A program made the translations under genes and the position numbers. Shown piece by piece: positions 1 through 13,515 of a stretch of 64,000 bases of DNA; positions within the stretch are counted from its first letter, which is position 1, and every line of letters begins with the position of its first letter. Origin of the DNA: Schmidtea polychroa (lineage: Eukaryota). The notes under the pieces were generated by a model. That model was not told the DNA's origin, ran no database searches, and worked only from the letters and a program-made list of their open reading frames with translations. The DNA lies in the NCBI GenBank assembly GCA_044892525.1, contig CM097885.1, forward strand, positions 236,036,001 through 236,100,000, read 5' to 3'.

Positions 1-3000
1 CAACCAACTAAGTATTCTTTATTGTATTTTATCAAATGATTTTTAAATTAATTTTTTATCTGTCTTCAAAAATATGTTTAATTACAATCAGTAGAAAAAA
101 TCTTTTCAAAATGTCTAAATTTAACAAAAATGAATAATTGTCAACTCATCACTACTTGGAATTCAAAATAATTTAAATTACAATGAAATACTAATGAATT
201 CTAATTTACAAAACATTCTTCTTTTAATTGATAACTACTGACTTATTATTGCAAAGTAAAAATCACATTCAATAACTACTTATTGTTGATCAGTTTTATT
301 ATATATATACTGAGTTTATCCGACAGGATGTTTTGACCCCCTAAGGGTACAGGTCGTAATGGTACTGGTCGTAAGGGTATTAGTCGTAAAGGTACTAGTC
401 GTAGGGGTATTGGTAACACTCAACCACCACCTACCAAGTACTAACAAGCAACATCAACCAGCTAACAACTAAATACCAAGTACATACAACCAACATCAAC
501 CTGGTACTAAGTATTATCAACCTACAACTATATAACAATCAGTAAACAATACTGTACCAACTACCAAATACAAGATACCAACAACTTAGTACCAACAACC
601 AGTAACTTACGAACATGTACTAACAACCAAGTAAAAACAATCAAGTAATAACAAATTGATCTTTAAAAGCAAATACTCTTCACTTGCAATATTGGTAACA
701 CTCAACTACCACCTACTCATTAATTAGCTACCACTAGGTTTCAAACAACAAAATACTAAACACTTACAACCATGTACTAACAACCACCATCAAAACCTAT
801 CGAGAAATTAACAAATATATACAACTATATGACAACAATCAGTAAACAACACTGTACCAACTACTAAATACAAGATACCAAGTACCAACAATCAACTAAC
901 AACACATAAAAATAATAGCAATTAAATACAAAATATTCTTCATCACATGCAATATATTCTTGTCATCATCTACAACTAAACTCTATCAATCAGATACCAA
1001 ATATTAACAACCAGATACTTACAACCAACAACTATGTAATAAAAAATTGATCTTTAAAAGAAAATACTCTTCACTTGAAAAATTGGATGAAAAATTAATA
1101 AAAAAAAATGCAATTCATTAATTATCTGATTACCAGTACTTGTATGATTTTCCAATAACTAGATAAAAATTAAATAAATCATTGTAAAAATTTAAATTAT
1201 TCAAAACATAATAAATAACAAAATGTAATGGACGAAAGAACTTTAAATTCTAGTCATTAATCATCCAGTAAATAAAAAAAAATACTGATCATTTAAGTTA
1301 ATCAACTAAGATAATAAAGATAATAAGATCTAGTAGATAATTTATTTTGATTGAATAAATTAACTGAAATAAATTAATTCAGTATGAATTCATTACCATT
1401 ATCAAAGTCAACAATCTACAATAAAAATAATTATCATTAAATTCCAAAAGAGACTAGATAACTAATGATAACATCTAATAAACCAGTAAATTCATTTAAA
1501 TGTCAATAATTGGTATATCCAAGTAAATTTTCTAAAATCATTCAAGTTAATCAACTAAGATAATAAAGATAATAAGATCTAGTAGATAATTTATTTTGAT
1601 TGAATAAATTAATTGAAATAAATTAATTTTAATTATTTTTTAAAAGTAATACACGTATATTGAAATCTATTTACTAATTCCTCAAATTATACACAAAATT
1701 CAGTATGAATTCATTACCATTATCAAAGTCAACAATCTACAATAAAAATAATTATCATTAAATTCCAAAAGAGACTAGATAACTAATGATGACATCTAAT
1801 AAACCAGTAAATTCATTTAAATGTCAATAATTTGTATATCCAAGTAAATTTTCTACTAAAATCATCTAGAAAGCATCAAATTTCCATGAAATATCAATGT
1901 CTTTAAAGATAAGTATTTTATCGATAAATACCCTTAAAAGGCTATATATTTCCCTCAGACTAATAAGATTGCTTAAAATCCCGTTTAAATGACTATAATT
2001 ATATCTTTAATTTCTATTATCACGAATATTTCCTTATAAAACATGTAAAATCATTAACTCTAAACAATTTATAAAGTCTAATGACAAAAAACAGTTATAA
2101 TTAAATTTTTGTTCTAAAAATAAATCACTGTAATCGAAATTTAAAATAAATATTGCTTGAAATTTGACTGTACAATATAACTGAGTAGTTGCATAGAAAG
2201 ATTAAATTTATCCATATTTCTTCAAATGATCATTTTTACCGATATCCAACCGATTTAATTACTAATTAAAATCACCCGATAGATTTCTCCCAATAAAGAT
2301 CAATTTTCTTTAGTCGACGTTTTAAATCAATATTTCCAACTTTTGTCGTTGTCCGTCTAAATAAAGATAAAAATAATTTAAAGTTGAAGTCAATCCCAAT
2401 TATCTGTAAAGATTTCATTGTCAAAACCAAGTAAATCGATCATTATCCCTACTTAATAAAACAATGTTCTAAATTAATTTACTGTGCATTAATCACAATC
2501 TAATAAAACGATATAATTATTATTGATACATAACTGACTAATTACCATTTCCCTTAAAACATTGATATTTTACCAACAGCATACTTAAAAAATCATATAT
2601 TCCCATCTTAACCCATCTCTCATTAAATTCAATCGACTATATCTCCCTTACAATGATATATTCCCACCTTATCTGATCTCTCATTAAAATCAATCAACTA
2701 TATCCCCCTTACAATGATATATTCCCATCTTAACCCATCCTCATTAAATTTAGCCGACTATATCCCCTCAAAAGATCATATTCTCTCATTAAAGTCAATC
2801 GACTATATCTCCCTTACAATGATATATTCCCATTTTAACCTATCCCTCATTAAATTTAACCGACTATATCCCCCTTAAAAGATCATATATTCCCACCTTA
2901 TCCGATCTCTCATTAAATCTCACCGACAATATCCCAGCTTAACCGATCTCTCACCAAATATTTCTACCCCTTTAAACATCTATCCGACTATATCCATTAA

Positions 3001-3667
3001 TTCTACCCACTTGAATCCTCCTTTAATTCAATCAATCCTCTTAAAATTCTTAGAGAATTCTTCAAAAATATGAATTTTTATTAAATGTTATCGACATCCA
3101 AAATACATCTATGAAATAATTTAGTATCTAAATTCACGTAGTAAAAGATCAAAATTCACTAAAATTTTCTACAAATATTTACCATCAAATACTGGAGATG
3201 ATATATATTAATTGACCATAATTCTTCAACGATTCAACCAATCATTTTCAAGCAATAATAACAAACTAAATCATAAATTTCAAGTAAATTTAAAATATCT
3301 ATCCGAGATAAAGTTAACTGGTTTCTTAGCTTATGTTTTTAAAGATCATCAATGTGTAAATATTCTTAGAAAATTATTGAAAAAAATTATTTAGTCAAAT
3401 GCATTACAAAGTCATCTAAAATTAAACCAATTACATAATTATTAACCTAACAGTCATTAAAAAAAAATTAATTTTTATTTAAAATTTAACAAATTATCAA
3501 GAAATTCAATTAAAATCATCATTAAAGCTTTAAATTTTTTAATAAATCAACATGAAATTCTTAGAAAATAATTGAAAAAAAAATATTACAAAGTCATATC
3601 CTATCACGTGATTATTAACCTGACTGTCATTAAAAATAATTTTTATTTAAAAAAAAACCAATCAATT
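1..3667. repeat. Left arm of a giant inverted repeat (probably continues left of the window)
   Basis: Base 1 onward (caaccaactaagtattc...) is the reverse complement of ...gaatacttagttggttg ending at 9380. ORFs 3212-3394(+) and 5986-6168(-) are identical. I noticed only one substitution (~2013/7368) and one 1-bp indel (~2740/6641). Confidence 0.97.
2590..2950. repeat. Tandem ~60-bp minisatellite (mirrored at ~6430-6790)
   Basis: Repeated atattcccatcttaacccatctctcattaaattcaatcgactatatctcccttacaatgat-like units. Confidence 0.85.
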
Positions 3668-4607
3668 TTAGACCTTAATGGGCTTATTTATCTTTAATTT
3701 ACTTTAATTTAAAATATTAGACCATAATTTCATGTAAAATTTTAGACCATAATTTACTTAATTGGAAATTTTAGACCTTAATTTGCTTATTTATCTTTAA
3801 TTTACTTAAGTTTAAAAATATATACCATAATTTACTTTAATTTAAAATTTTAGACCTTAATTTACTTAATTGAAAATTTTAGACCTTAATTTACTTAATT
3901 GATAATTTTAGACCATAATTTTAATGTAAAATTGTCATTGAAAAAATTTTCATTTCTCAGGCGCTGTTTATAGGAGGTAGATAGTAGCCCACTGCAGCAA
4001 TGACCCCCCCCCCCCCCCGGGTGGTGGGGGGGGGTTCTGCTGCAACTTTTTTTTTGCTGCAACTTTTGATTACGCAATTGTTGCAACTAGTTTTTTTTTG
4101 TTGTATTTTTTTTTTGTATTATTAAGCAATTGTATTATTTTTTTTTCTAGAATTTTCAATACAAAAAAAAAACAAGTTGCAACAATTGCGCAATCAAATG
4201 TTGCAGCAAAAAAAAAGATGCAGCATAAAAAAAAAGGCTTGCATTTGCAGCGGGCTCCTATCTACCTACTATAAACAGCGCCTGAGAAATGAAAATTTTT
4301 TCAATGACAATTTTACATTAAAATTATGGTCTAAAATTTTCAATTAAGTAAATTAAGGTCTAAAATTTTCAATTAAGTAAATTAAGGTCTAAAATTTTAA
4401 ATTAAAGTAAATTATGGTATATATTTTTAAACTTAAGTAAATTAAAGATAAATAAGCAAATTAAGGTCTAAAATTTCCAATTAAGTAAATTATGGTCTAA
4501 AATTTTACATGAAATTATGGTCTAATATTTTCAATTAAGTATATTATGGTCTAAAATTTTAAATTAAAGTAAATTAAAGATAAATAAGCACATTAAGGTC
4601 TAAAATT
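3664..4607. repeat. Inner inverted repeat (3664-3971 vs 4271-4607) built of ~29-bp AATTTTAGACC(A/T)TAATTTAC units
   Basis: ttttcatttctcaggcgctgtttat (ending 3971) is the reverse complement of ataaacagcgcctgagaaatgaaaa (from 4271). The right side has one extra unit. 4608-5711 has no left-arm counterpart. Confidence 0.9.
3972..4270. mobile_element. 299-bp mini-element with Polinton-like termini at the palindrome centre
   Basis: Begins AGGAGGTAGATAGTAGCCCACTGCA and ends TGCAGCGGGCTCCTATCTACCTACT (imperfect TIR). Contains poly-C/poly-G tracts and TTGCAAC-rich subterminal repeats resembling the terminus at 12426. Confidence 0.7.
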
Positions 4608-5711
4608 TTCAATTAAGCAATTTAAGGTCTAAAATTTTCAAATAAGTAAATTATGGTCTAAAGTTTTACATGAAATTAAGGTCTAAAATTTTCAATTGAG
4701 TTCTAAAATAAAGTCTAAAATTTTCAATTAAGTTCTAAAATAAAGTCTAAAATTTCAATTAAGTAAATTATGGTATATATTTTTAAACTTAAGTAAATTA
4801 AAGATAAATAAGCAAATTAAGGTCTAAAATTTCAAGTAAGTAAATTATGGTCTAAAATTTTCAATTAAAGTAAATTAAGGTCCAAATTTGAATTAAAGTA
4901 AATTAAGGTTCAAAATTTAAAATTAAAGTAAATTAAGGTTCTAAAAAATTAAATTAAAGTAAATTAAGGTCCAAATTTTTAAATTAAGTAATCAATGGTC
5001 AAATATTTTAAATAAGTAAATTAAAGTAATAATTTTTAAATAAGTAATGTAATAAGCAAATTAAAGTAAGATTTTAAATTTATTAACAAAATAATAGAAG
5101 GTGTTTGAGAATTGAAATTTTTTAATGAAATTTTTATGGAATAATTTTTCAGATAATTTTTAATGAAAATTTTTATGAAATATTTTTCAATGACAATTTT
5201 AGAAAAATTTTTTTGAAATAATTTTAGATTGAAATTATGTAAATTAAGGGATACATTTTTAAATTAAAGTAATCAATGGTCTATATTTTAAACTTCTATA
5301 TTCGGTAAACAAGGACTAAATTAAGTAAATAAAGGGTTAAATTAAAGAAAATTATGACTAAGTTAATTAGATTTAAAGAATAATTACCTTTTCATTTAAC
5401 ACTACAGTGTTAATTTTTACCATTTTAGAATAATATTTTTTATCAAAGTTCTTATCTTGATTTATTTAATTTTAATTGAATGTAATGACAAAATAGAGCG
5501 TGTTGTCTTCAATTTTAATGAATTAATTTGAAAGATTATTTAGATAAATTTTGGTGTTTAAGGTATTCATTAGTAATTATTTTTTTAGAGTTGATGGTTT
5601 TTGTGAATTTTTATCATTTTCGTGAATATCATGTGGATTGAATGAATATTTAAAAATTTTAAGTTAGTTCTAAATAAATTTAATTAATTTCTTGATAATT
5701 GGATGCATTTT

Positions 5712-8700
5712 AATTGATTGGTTTTTTTTTTAAATAAAAATTATTTTTAATGACAGTCAGGTTAATAATCACGTGATAGGATATGACTTTGTAATATTTT
5801 TTTTTCAATTATTTTCTAAGAATTTCATGTTGATTTATTAAAAAATTTAAAGCTTTAATGATGATTTTAATTGAATTTCTTGATAATTTGTTAAATTTTA
5901 AATAAAAATTAATTTTTTTTTAATGACTGTTAGGTTAATAATTATGTAATTGGTTTAATTTTAGATGACTTTGTAATGCATTTGACTAAATAATTTTTTT
6001 CAATAATTTTCTAAGAATATTTACACATTGATGATCTTTAAAAACATAAGCTAAGAAACCAGTTAACTTTATCTCGGATAGATATTTTAAATTTACTTGA
6101 AATTTATGATTTAGTTTGTTATTATTGCTTGAAAATGATTGGTTGAATCGTTGAAGAATTATGGTCAATTAATATATATCATCTCCAGTATTTGATGGTA
6201 AATATTTGTAGAAAATTTTAGTGAATTTTGATCTTTTACTACGTGAATTTAGATACTAAATTATTTCATAGATGTATTTTGGATGTCGATAACATTTAAT
6301 AAAAATTCATATTTTTGAAGAATTCTCTAAGAATTTTAAGAGGATTGATTGAATTAAAGGAGGATTCAAGTGGGTAGAATTAATGGATATAGTCGGATAG
6401 ATGTTTAAAGGGGTAGAAATATTTGGTGAGAGATCGGTTAAGCTGGGATATTGTCGGTGAGATTTAATGAGAGATCGGATAAGGTGGGAATATATGATCT
6501 TTTAAGGGGGATATAGTCGGTTAAATTTAATGAGGGATAGGTTAAAATGGGAATATATCATTGTAAGGGAGATATAGTCGATTGACTTTAATGAGAGAAT
6601 ATGATCTTTTGAGGGGATATAGTCGGCTAAATTTAATGAGGGATGGGTTAAGATGGGAATATATCATTGTAAGGGGGATATAGTTGATTGATTTTAATGA
6701 GAGATCAGATAAGGTGGGAATATATCATTGTAAGGGAGATATAGTCGATTGAATTTAATGAGAGATGGGTTAAGATGGGAATATATGATTTTTTAAGTAT
6801 GCTGTTGGTAAAATATCAATGTTTTAAGGGAAATGGTAATTAGTCAGTTATGTATCAATAATAATTATATCGTTTTATTAGATTGTGATTAATGCACAGT
6901 AAATTAATTTAGAACATTGTTTTATTAAGTAGGGATAATGATCGATTTACTTGGTTTTGACAATGAAATCTTTACAGATAATTGGGATTGACTTCAACTT
7001 TAAATTATTTTTATCTTTATTTAGACGGACAACGACAAAAGTTGGAAATATTGATTTAAAACGTCGACTAAAGAAAATTGATCTTTATTGGGAGAAATCT
7101 ATCGGGTGATTTTAATTAGTAATTAAATCGGTTGGATATCGGTAAAAATGATCATTTGAAGAAATATGGATAAATTTAATCTTTCTATGCAACTACTCAG
7201 TTATATTGTACAGTCAAATTTCAAGCAATATTTATTTTAAATTTCGATTACAGTGATTTATTTTTAGAACAAAAATTTAATTATAACTGTTTTTTGTCAT
7301 TAGACTTTATAAATTGTTTAGAGTTAATGATTTTACATGTTTTATAAGGAAATATTCGTGATAATAGGAATTAAAGATATAATTATAGTCATTTAAACGG
7401 GATTTTAAGCAATCTTATTAGTCTGAGGGAAATATATAGCCTTTTAAGGGTATTTATCGATAAAATACTTATCTTTAAAGACATTGATATTTCATGGAAA
7501 TTTGATGCTTTCTAGATGATTTTAGTAGAAAATTTACTTGGATATACAAATTATTGACATTTAAATGAATTTACTGGTTTATTAGATGTCATCATTAGTT
7601 ATCTAGTCTCTTTTGGAATTTAATGATAATTATTTTTATTGTAGATTGTTGACTTTGATAATGGTAATGAATTCATACTGAATTTTGTGTATAATTTGAG
7701 GAATTAGTAAATAGATTTCAATATACGTGTATTACTTTTAAAAAATAATTAAAATTAATTTATTTCAATTAATTTATTCAATCAAAATAAATTATCTACT
7801 AGATCTTATTATCTTTATTATCTTAGTTGATTAACTTGAATGATTTTAGAAAATTTACTTGGATATACCAATTATTGACATTTAAATGAATTTACTGGTT
7901 TATTAGATGTTATCATTAGTTATCTAGTCTCTTTTGGAATTTAATGATAATTATTTTTATTGTAGATTGTTGACTTTGATAATGGTAATGAATTCATACT
8001 GAATTAATTTATTTCAGTTAATTTATTCAATCAAAATAAATTATCTACTAGATCTTATTATCTTTATTATCTTAGTTGATTAACTTAAATGATCAGTATT
8101 TTTTTTTATTTACTGGATGATTAATGACTAGAATTTAAAGTTCTTTCGTCCATTACATTTTGTTATTTATTATGTTTTGAATAATTTAAATTTTTACAAT
8201 GATTTATTTAATTTTTATCTAGTTATTGGAAAATCATACAAGTACTGGTAATCAGATAATTAATGAATTGCATTTTTTTTTATTAATTTTTCATCCAATT
8301 TTTCAAGTGAAGAGTATTTTCTTTTAAAGATCAATTTTTTATTACATAGTTGTTGGTTGTAAGTATCTGGTTGTTAATATTTGGTATCTGATTGATAGAG
8401 TTTAGTTGTAGATGATGACAAGAATATATTGCATGTGATGAAGAATATTTTGTATTTAATTGCTATTATTTTTATGTGTTGTTAGTTGATTGTTGGTACT
8501 TGGTATCTTGTATTTAGTAGTTGGTACAGTGTTGTTTACTGATTGTTGTCATATAGTTGTATATATTTGTTAATTTCTCGATAGGTTTTGATGGTGGTTG
8601 TTAGTACATGGTTGTAAGTGTTTAGTATTTTGTTGTTTGAAACCTAGTGGTAGCTAATTAATGAGTAGGTGGTAGTTGAGTGTTACCAATATTGCAAGTG

Positions 8701-9380
8701 AAGAGTATTTGCTTTTAAAGATCAATTTGTTATTACTTGATTGTTTTTACTTGGTTGTTAGTACATGTTCGTAAGTTACTGGTTGTTGGTACTAAGTTGT
8801 TGGTATCTTGTATTTGGTAGTTGGTACAGTATTGTTTACTGATTGTTATATAGTTGTAGGTTGATAATACTTAGTACCAGGTTGATGTTGGTTGTATGTA
8901 CTTGGTATTTAGTTGTTAGCTGGTTGATGTTGCTTGTTAGTACTTGGTAGGTGGTGGTTGAGTGTTACCAATACCCCTACGACTAGTACCTTTACGACTA
9001 ATACCCTTACGACCAGTACCATTACGACCTGTACCCTTAGGGGGTCAAAACATCCTGTCGGATAAACTCAGTATATATATAATAAAACTGATCAACAATA
9101 AGTAGTTATTGAATGTGATTTTTACTTTGCAATAATAAGTCAGTAGTTATCAATTAAAAGAAGAATGTTTTGTAAATTAGAATTCATTAGTATTTCATTG
9201 TAATTTAAATTATTTTGAATTCCAAGTAGTGATGAGTTGACAATTATTCATTTTTGTTAAATTTAGACATTTTGAAAAGATTTTTTCTACTGATTGTAAT
9301 TAAACATATTTTTGAAGACAGATAAAAAATTAATTTAAAAATCATTTGATAAAATACAATAAAGAATACTTAGTTGGTTG
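5712..9380. repeat. Right arm of the giant inverted repeat
   Basis: Mirror of 1-3667; paired coordinates sum to about 9380. Confidence 0.97.
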
Positions 9381-9463
9381 TTAGTACATAGTTGTAGGTA
9401 CTTAGTAGTTGGTTGTATGTACTTGGTATCTAGTTGTACCTGATAGTTGTTGGTATCCGATTG

Positions 9464-9469
<6 letters not shown>

Positions 9470-9502
<33 letters not shown>

Positions 9503-9718
9503 GATTATAATTATTATTATTTTTATCAATATTATTATTATTTTTATTATTATTTTTAATTTTATTTTTTATTATGATTTTCATTATTTTTTATTATTAT
9601 AATTATTATTAATATTTTTATTATTTTTTATTATTATTTTTTATTATTATAATTATTATTAATATTTTTATTATTTTTTATTATTATTTTTATTAATATT
9701 AATATTATTTTTATTATG

Positions 9719-9765
<47 letters not shown>

Positions 9766-9999
9766 GATTATAATTATTATTATTTTTATCAATATTATTA
9801 TTATTTTTATTATTATTTTTAATTTTATTTTTTATTATGATTTTCATTATTTATTATTATTATAATTATTATTAATATTTTTATTATTTTTATTTATTAT
9901 TTTTTATTATTATAATTATTATTAATATTTTTATTATTTTTTATTATTATTTTTATTAATATTAATATTATTTTTATTATGATTATTATGATTATTATG

Positions 10000-10089
<90 letters not shown>

Positions 10090-10140
10090 AATATTAATAT
10101 TATTTTTATTATTTTTTATTATTATTTTTATTATTAATTT
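9470..10140. repeat. Degenerate (ATT)n microsatellite with an internal ~265-bp duplication
   Basis: Seen directly in the sequence. Confidence 0.95.
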
Positions 10141-10149
10141 TTATTATCA

Positions 10150-12426
10150 TTGAAATTTGCATCTAAATTTGCCTTTGAAAATTATTTCATTAAAATTTCC
10201 ATTTAAATTTGTCTTTGACAATTATTAATTCATTAAAATTTCTATTTAAAATTAGCTTCAAAAATTATTCCATAAAAATTTCTATTCAAATTTAACTTAA
10301 AAAAAATATTTCATAAATATTTTCAATAAAAATTAACTTAAAAAAATTATTCCATAAAAGTTTCTATTAAAATTTGACTTTAAAAAATTATTTCTTAAAA
10401 ATTTTATTTTAAATTTTTATGTCTCAGAAGCGGTTGGTTATTCCAACTTTTGTTTATAAATTTTAATTTAAAGTTTTGAACCTATAATTTAAAAATAAAA
10501 CATTAATTTACCTATTTATCCTTGTATTACTTTATTTAAATTTTTTTACCATAATTTACAACCAAATATAGCCCTTATTTTCATATTTAACCAATAATTT
10601 CATGTAGTGAATGATTAATTGACAATGATTTGCATCTTTAATTACTATTGAAAAATAATACATAAAACTTTCCATCTAAAATTAACATTGAAAAATAATT
10701 CATAAAAATTAACTTAAAAAATAATTATTTCATTAAAATTTTCATCTAAAATTAACATTGAAAAATATTTCATATAAATTTTCATCTGAAATTAACATTG
10801 AAAAATATTTCATAAAAATGTCTATTAAAAATTATCTTAAAAAATATACGTTAAAAATTTTCATTTAAAATTTTCAATTCTCAATCACCAACTATTATTC
10901 CAACTTTTGTAAATAAATTTTAAAATCTAACTTTAACTTTTTTTACTTATTACATTACTTAAATTTACTTATTTAACTTTAATTTAAAGTTTTATTTTAC
11001 CATTGATTACTTAATGTTAAATTTTGAACCTTAATTAACTTTAATTTATTTTTTAGAACCTTAATTTAGTTATTTGAGCCCATTGATTACTTTAATTTAA
11101 ATATTTGGACCTTAATTTACTTATTTGAACTCATTGATTGCTTTAATTTTAAATTTTAGACCTTAATTAACTTATTTGAACCCGTTGATTAATTTAAATT
11201 AATTTTTTTTTAGAACCTTAATTAACTCATTTGAACCCATTGATTACTTTAATTTAATTTTTTTTTAGAACCTTAATTAACTTATTTGAACCTGTTGATT
11301 AATTTAATTTAATTTTTTTTTAGAACCTTAATTAACTCATTTGAACCCATTGATTACTTTAATTTAATTTTTTTTTGGATCTTAATTTACTAATTTGAAC
11401 CTTAATTTACTTATTACATTACTTATTTAAAAATTATTACTTTAATTTACTCATTTAGCTTTAATTTAAAATTTGAACCATTGTTTCCTTTAATTTCCTA
11501 ATTTAGCCTTTAATTTACTTATTTAACTTTAAATTAAAATTATTGACCATTGTTTACTGTAATTCAATTTTTAGACCCAACATTTAATGTAATTCAAAAA
11601 TTTGGACCATAATTTACTTTAATTTAAAAATCTTAGTCCATAATTTACTGTAATCCAATTTTTAGACCCATAATTTGCTTTATTTTAAAAAAATTACCAT
11701 GTTTTTTAGTGTAGACCACCTTTTTGTATTGAAAATAACCTGAGACCTTGAATTACCATACTTTTTTAGTGTAAACCGTCTTTTTGTATTGAAAATCCTA
11801 GGACTATGGAGACTCTCTCACTATAGTGTGAAAAATCCATGCTTTTTTATTGGAGACTACCTTTTCTATTGAAAATATCCTGAGACCTTAAATAACCATG
11901 GCTTTTTTAGTGATAATCAGATTTTGTATTGAAAATCCCTGGACCAAGGAGACCCACCCAAATAATACTGACTTATCCTTTGCTTTTGTATTGAAAATAT
12001 CCTGAGACTTTAAATTGCCACTGTTTTTTAGTGTAGACCACCTATTTGTATTTAAAATATCCTGAGACCTTGAATTACCAAACTTTTTTAGTGTAAACCG
12101 TCTTTTTGTATTGAAAATCCTAGGACTATGGAAACCCACCCCCTCACTATAGTCTGAATAATCCATGCTTTTTTAGTGTAGACTACCTTTTCTATTGAAA
12201 TTCTCAGGACCAAGGAGACCCACCCAAATAATACTTATTCTTGGCTTGTTTATTGAAAAAAAAAAATTTTTGTATTTAAAATCCCAGAAAAAAATCATTG
12301 GAGCATGCGGCAACAATTATGTAATCAAAAAATGTCTACGGAAAAAGTTATGCAATCAAAAGTTTGCAACATTTTTTACCCCCCCCCCCCCCCCCTATTG
12401 TTCCCGTAGGCCACTAACTACCTACT
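10150..12426 (-). mobile_element. Polinton-like terminal region: tandem subterminal repeats ending in ...CTAACTACCTACT
   Basis: Read on the minus strand from 12426: AGTAGGTAGTTAGTGGCCTACGGGAACAATA followed by poly-G. Polinton ends typically begin 5'-AG (often AGT). Shares CGGGAACAA and G-run-TAAA with the end at 59539. ~60-bp repeats at 11700-12240. Abrupt junction into a Gypsy integrase. Confidence 0.7.
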
Positions 12427-13221
12427 GGCACAGAACCATTCGAGAAGATATATATGGATATATGTGGGCCATTGAAAGAAACGTTCAACAAAAAGAAATA
12501 TATTTGCGGAATCATTGACCACTATAGTAAATACATCTCATTAACGGCCATAAACAAGCAAGACGAAAAAACAATTAGTGAGACGTTATTAAATAAATGG
12601 ATATTAAAGTTTGGAGCTCCAAAAGAACTTCATGTAGATTGTGGGAAGAACTTTGAAGCAAGAAGTATAAAAGAACTAGCAAAGGCAGCTGGCATTGAAT
12701 TAATTTTCTCAAGCCCATATCACCATAACACGAATGGTATTATTGAAAGACAATTCAGAACAATCAGAGAGTATATTAACGCGTCATTGAATGAAGGAGG
12801 AAGGAAAAACTGGGCTGATATAGTGCCAGAAATAGAATATACTTTAAATGCAACAGTTCAAAAAACAACGGGAGTAAGCCCAGCAGAGATTATATTTGGG
12901 AGGAAAATCGACAGAATGAAATGGTACTCGAATAAAGAAATAAATAGAGAAGATATGGAAAAGAGAATAGAGGATAAAACACTAAAACCAAAAATAAGCA
13001 AAACAGCGAGAGATTTTGAAATGGAAGATGTGGTTTTGATCAAACAAGAAATTCGAAATAAAGACGATGCAAGGTGGGAAGGGCCGTACAAAGTGATAAA
13101 GAAAATACATGAACGGAGCTACTTACTTAAAGATCAAAATGGGAAGATGGTAGTCAGAAATGTTGAGAAGATCAAACATTTTAAAAAAGGGGGATGTGAG
13201 GAGTTAAAATTAAAATACTAA
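12427..13221 (+). pseudogene. Gypsy (Ty3) LTR-retrotransposon integrase, 5'-truncated (rve core plus GPY/F motif)
   Basis: EPFEKIYMDICGP...IIDHYSKY...FGAPKELHVDCGKNF...SSPYHHNTNGIIERQFRTI...TGVSPAEIIFGR...RWEGPYKV. Confidence 0.92.
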
Positions 13222-13511
13222 ATTAAATTAGTTCATGATTAAAATTTGTAAAATTTTAATTGAAACTTAAATTATTTTAAGATATTAAAATTGAAATGAT
13301 AATTGAAATTTTAAAATAAAATAATTTTTAATAAAATTGAAATTCAAGTATGAATGCGATGGTATGTTGATATTTGGTTGAAATTAAAATTTAGAAAATG
13401 TCCCAAGAATATTTGTTTATATAATCAGATTTAATGAAATATAATTTTGGATTTAATAGTCTTAGTAATTTATTTTGATGACAGAAGAATTAAATGTTAT
13501 AGCTTCTAACA
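13195..13511 (+). mobile_element. 3' LTR of the Gypsy element
   Basis: Polypurine tract AAAAAAGGGGGA lies directly before TGTGAG (13195). The segment ends ...CTAACA just before Polinton integrase codons resume; the exact end is uncertain by a few bp. Confidence 0.7.
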
Positions 13512-13515
13512 CACA

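Noticed and set aside
2590..2950. Regular repeats as a possible CRISPR array (also 3664-4900 and 11700-12240)
   Set aside because: Units are contiguous diverged tandem repeats without unique spacers, there are no cas genes, and the context is eukaryotic.
3212..3394. Duplicated 60-aa ORF (also 5986-6168)
   Set aside because: Identity is explained by the palindrome; non-ATG start and no recognisable motif.
6880..7520. Possible decayed coding sequence inside the palindrome arms
   Set aside because: Higher complexity than its surroundings, but there is no sustained frame or recognisable motif.
3972..12426. A single element bounded by the termini at 3972 and 12426
   Set aside because: The flanks GTTTAT and GGCACA do not form a TSD, and the two termini are clearly diverged.
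12195..12518. 107-aa ORF
   Set aside because: Chance read-through across the terminus, poly-C tract and Gypsy junction.
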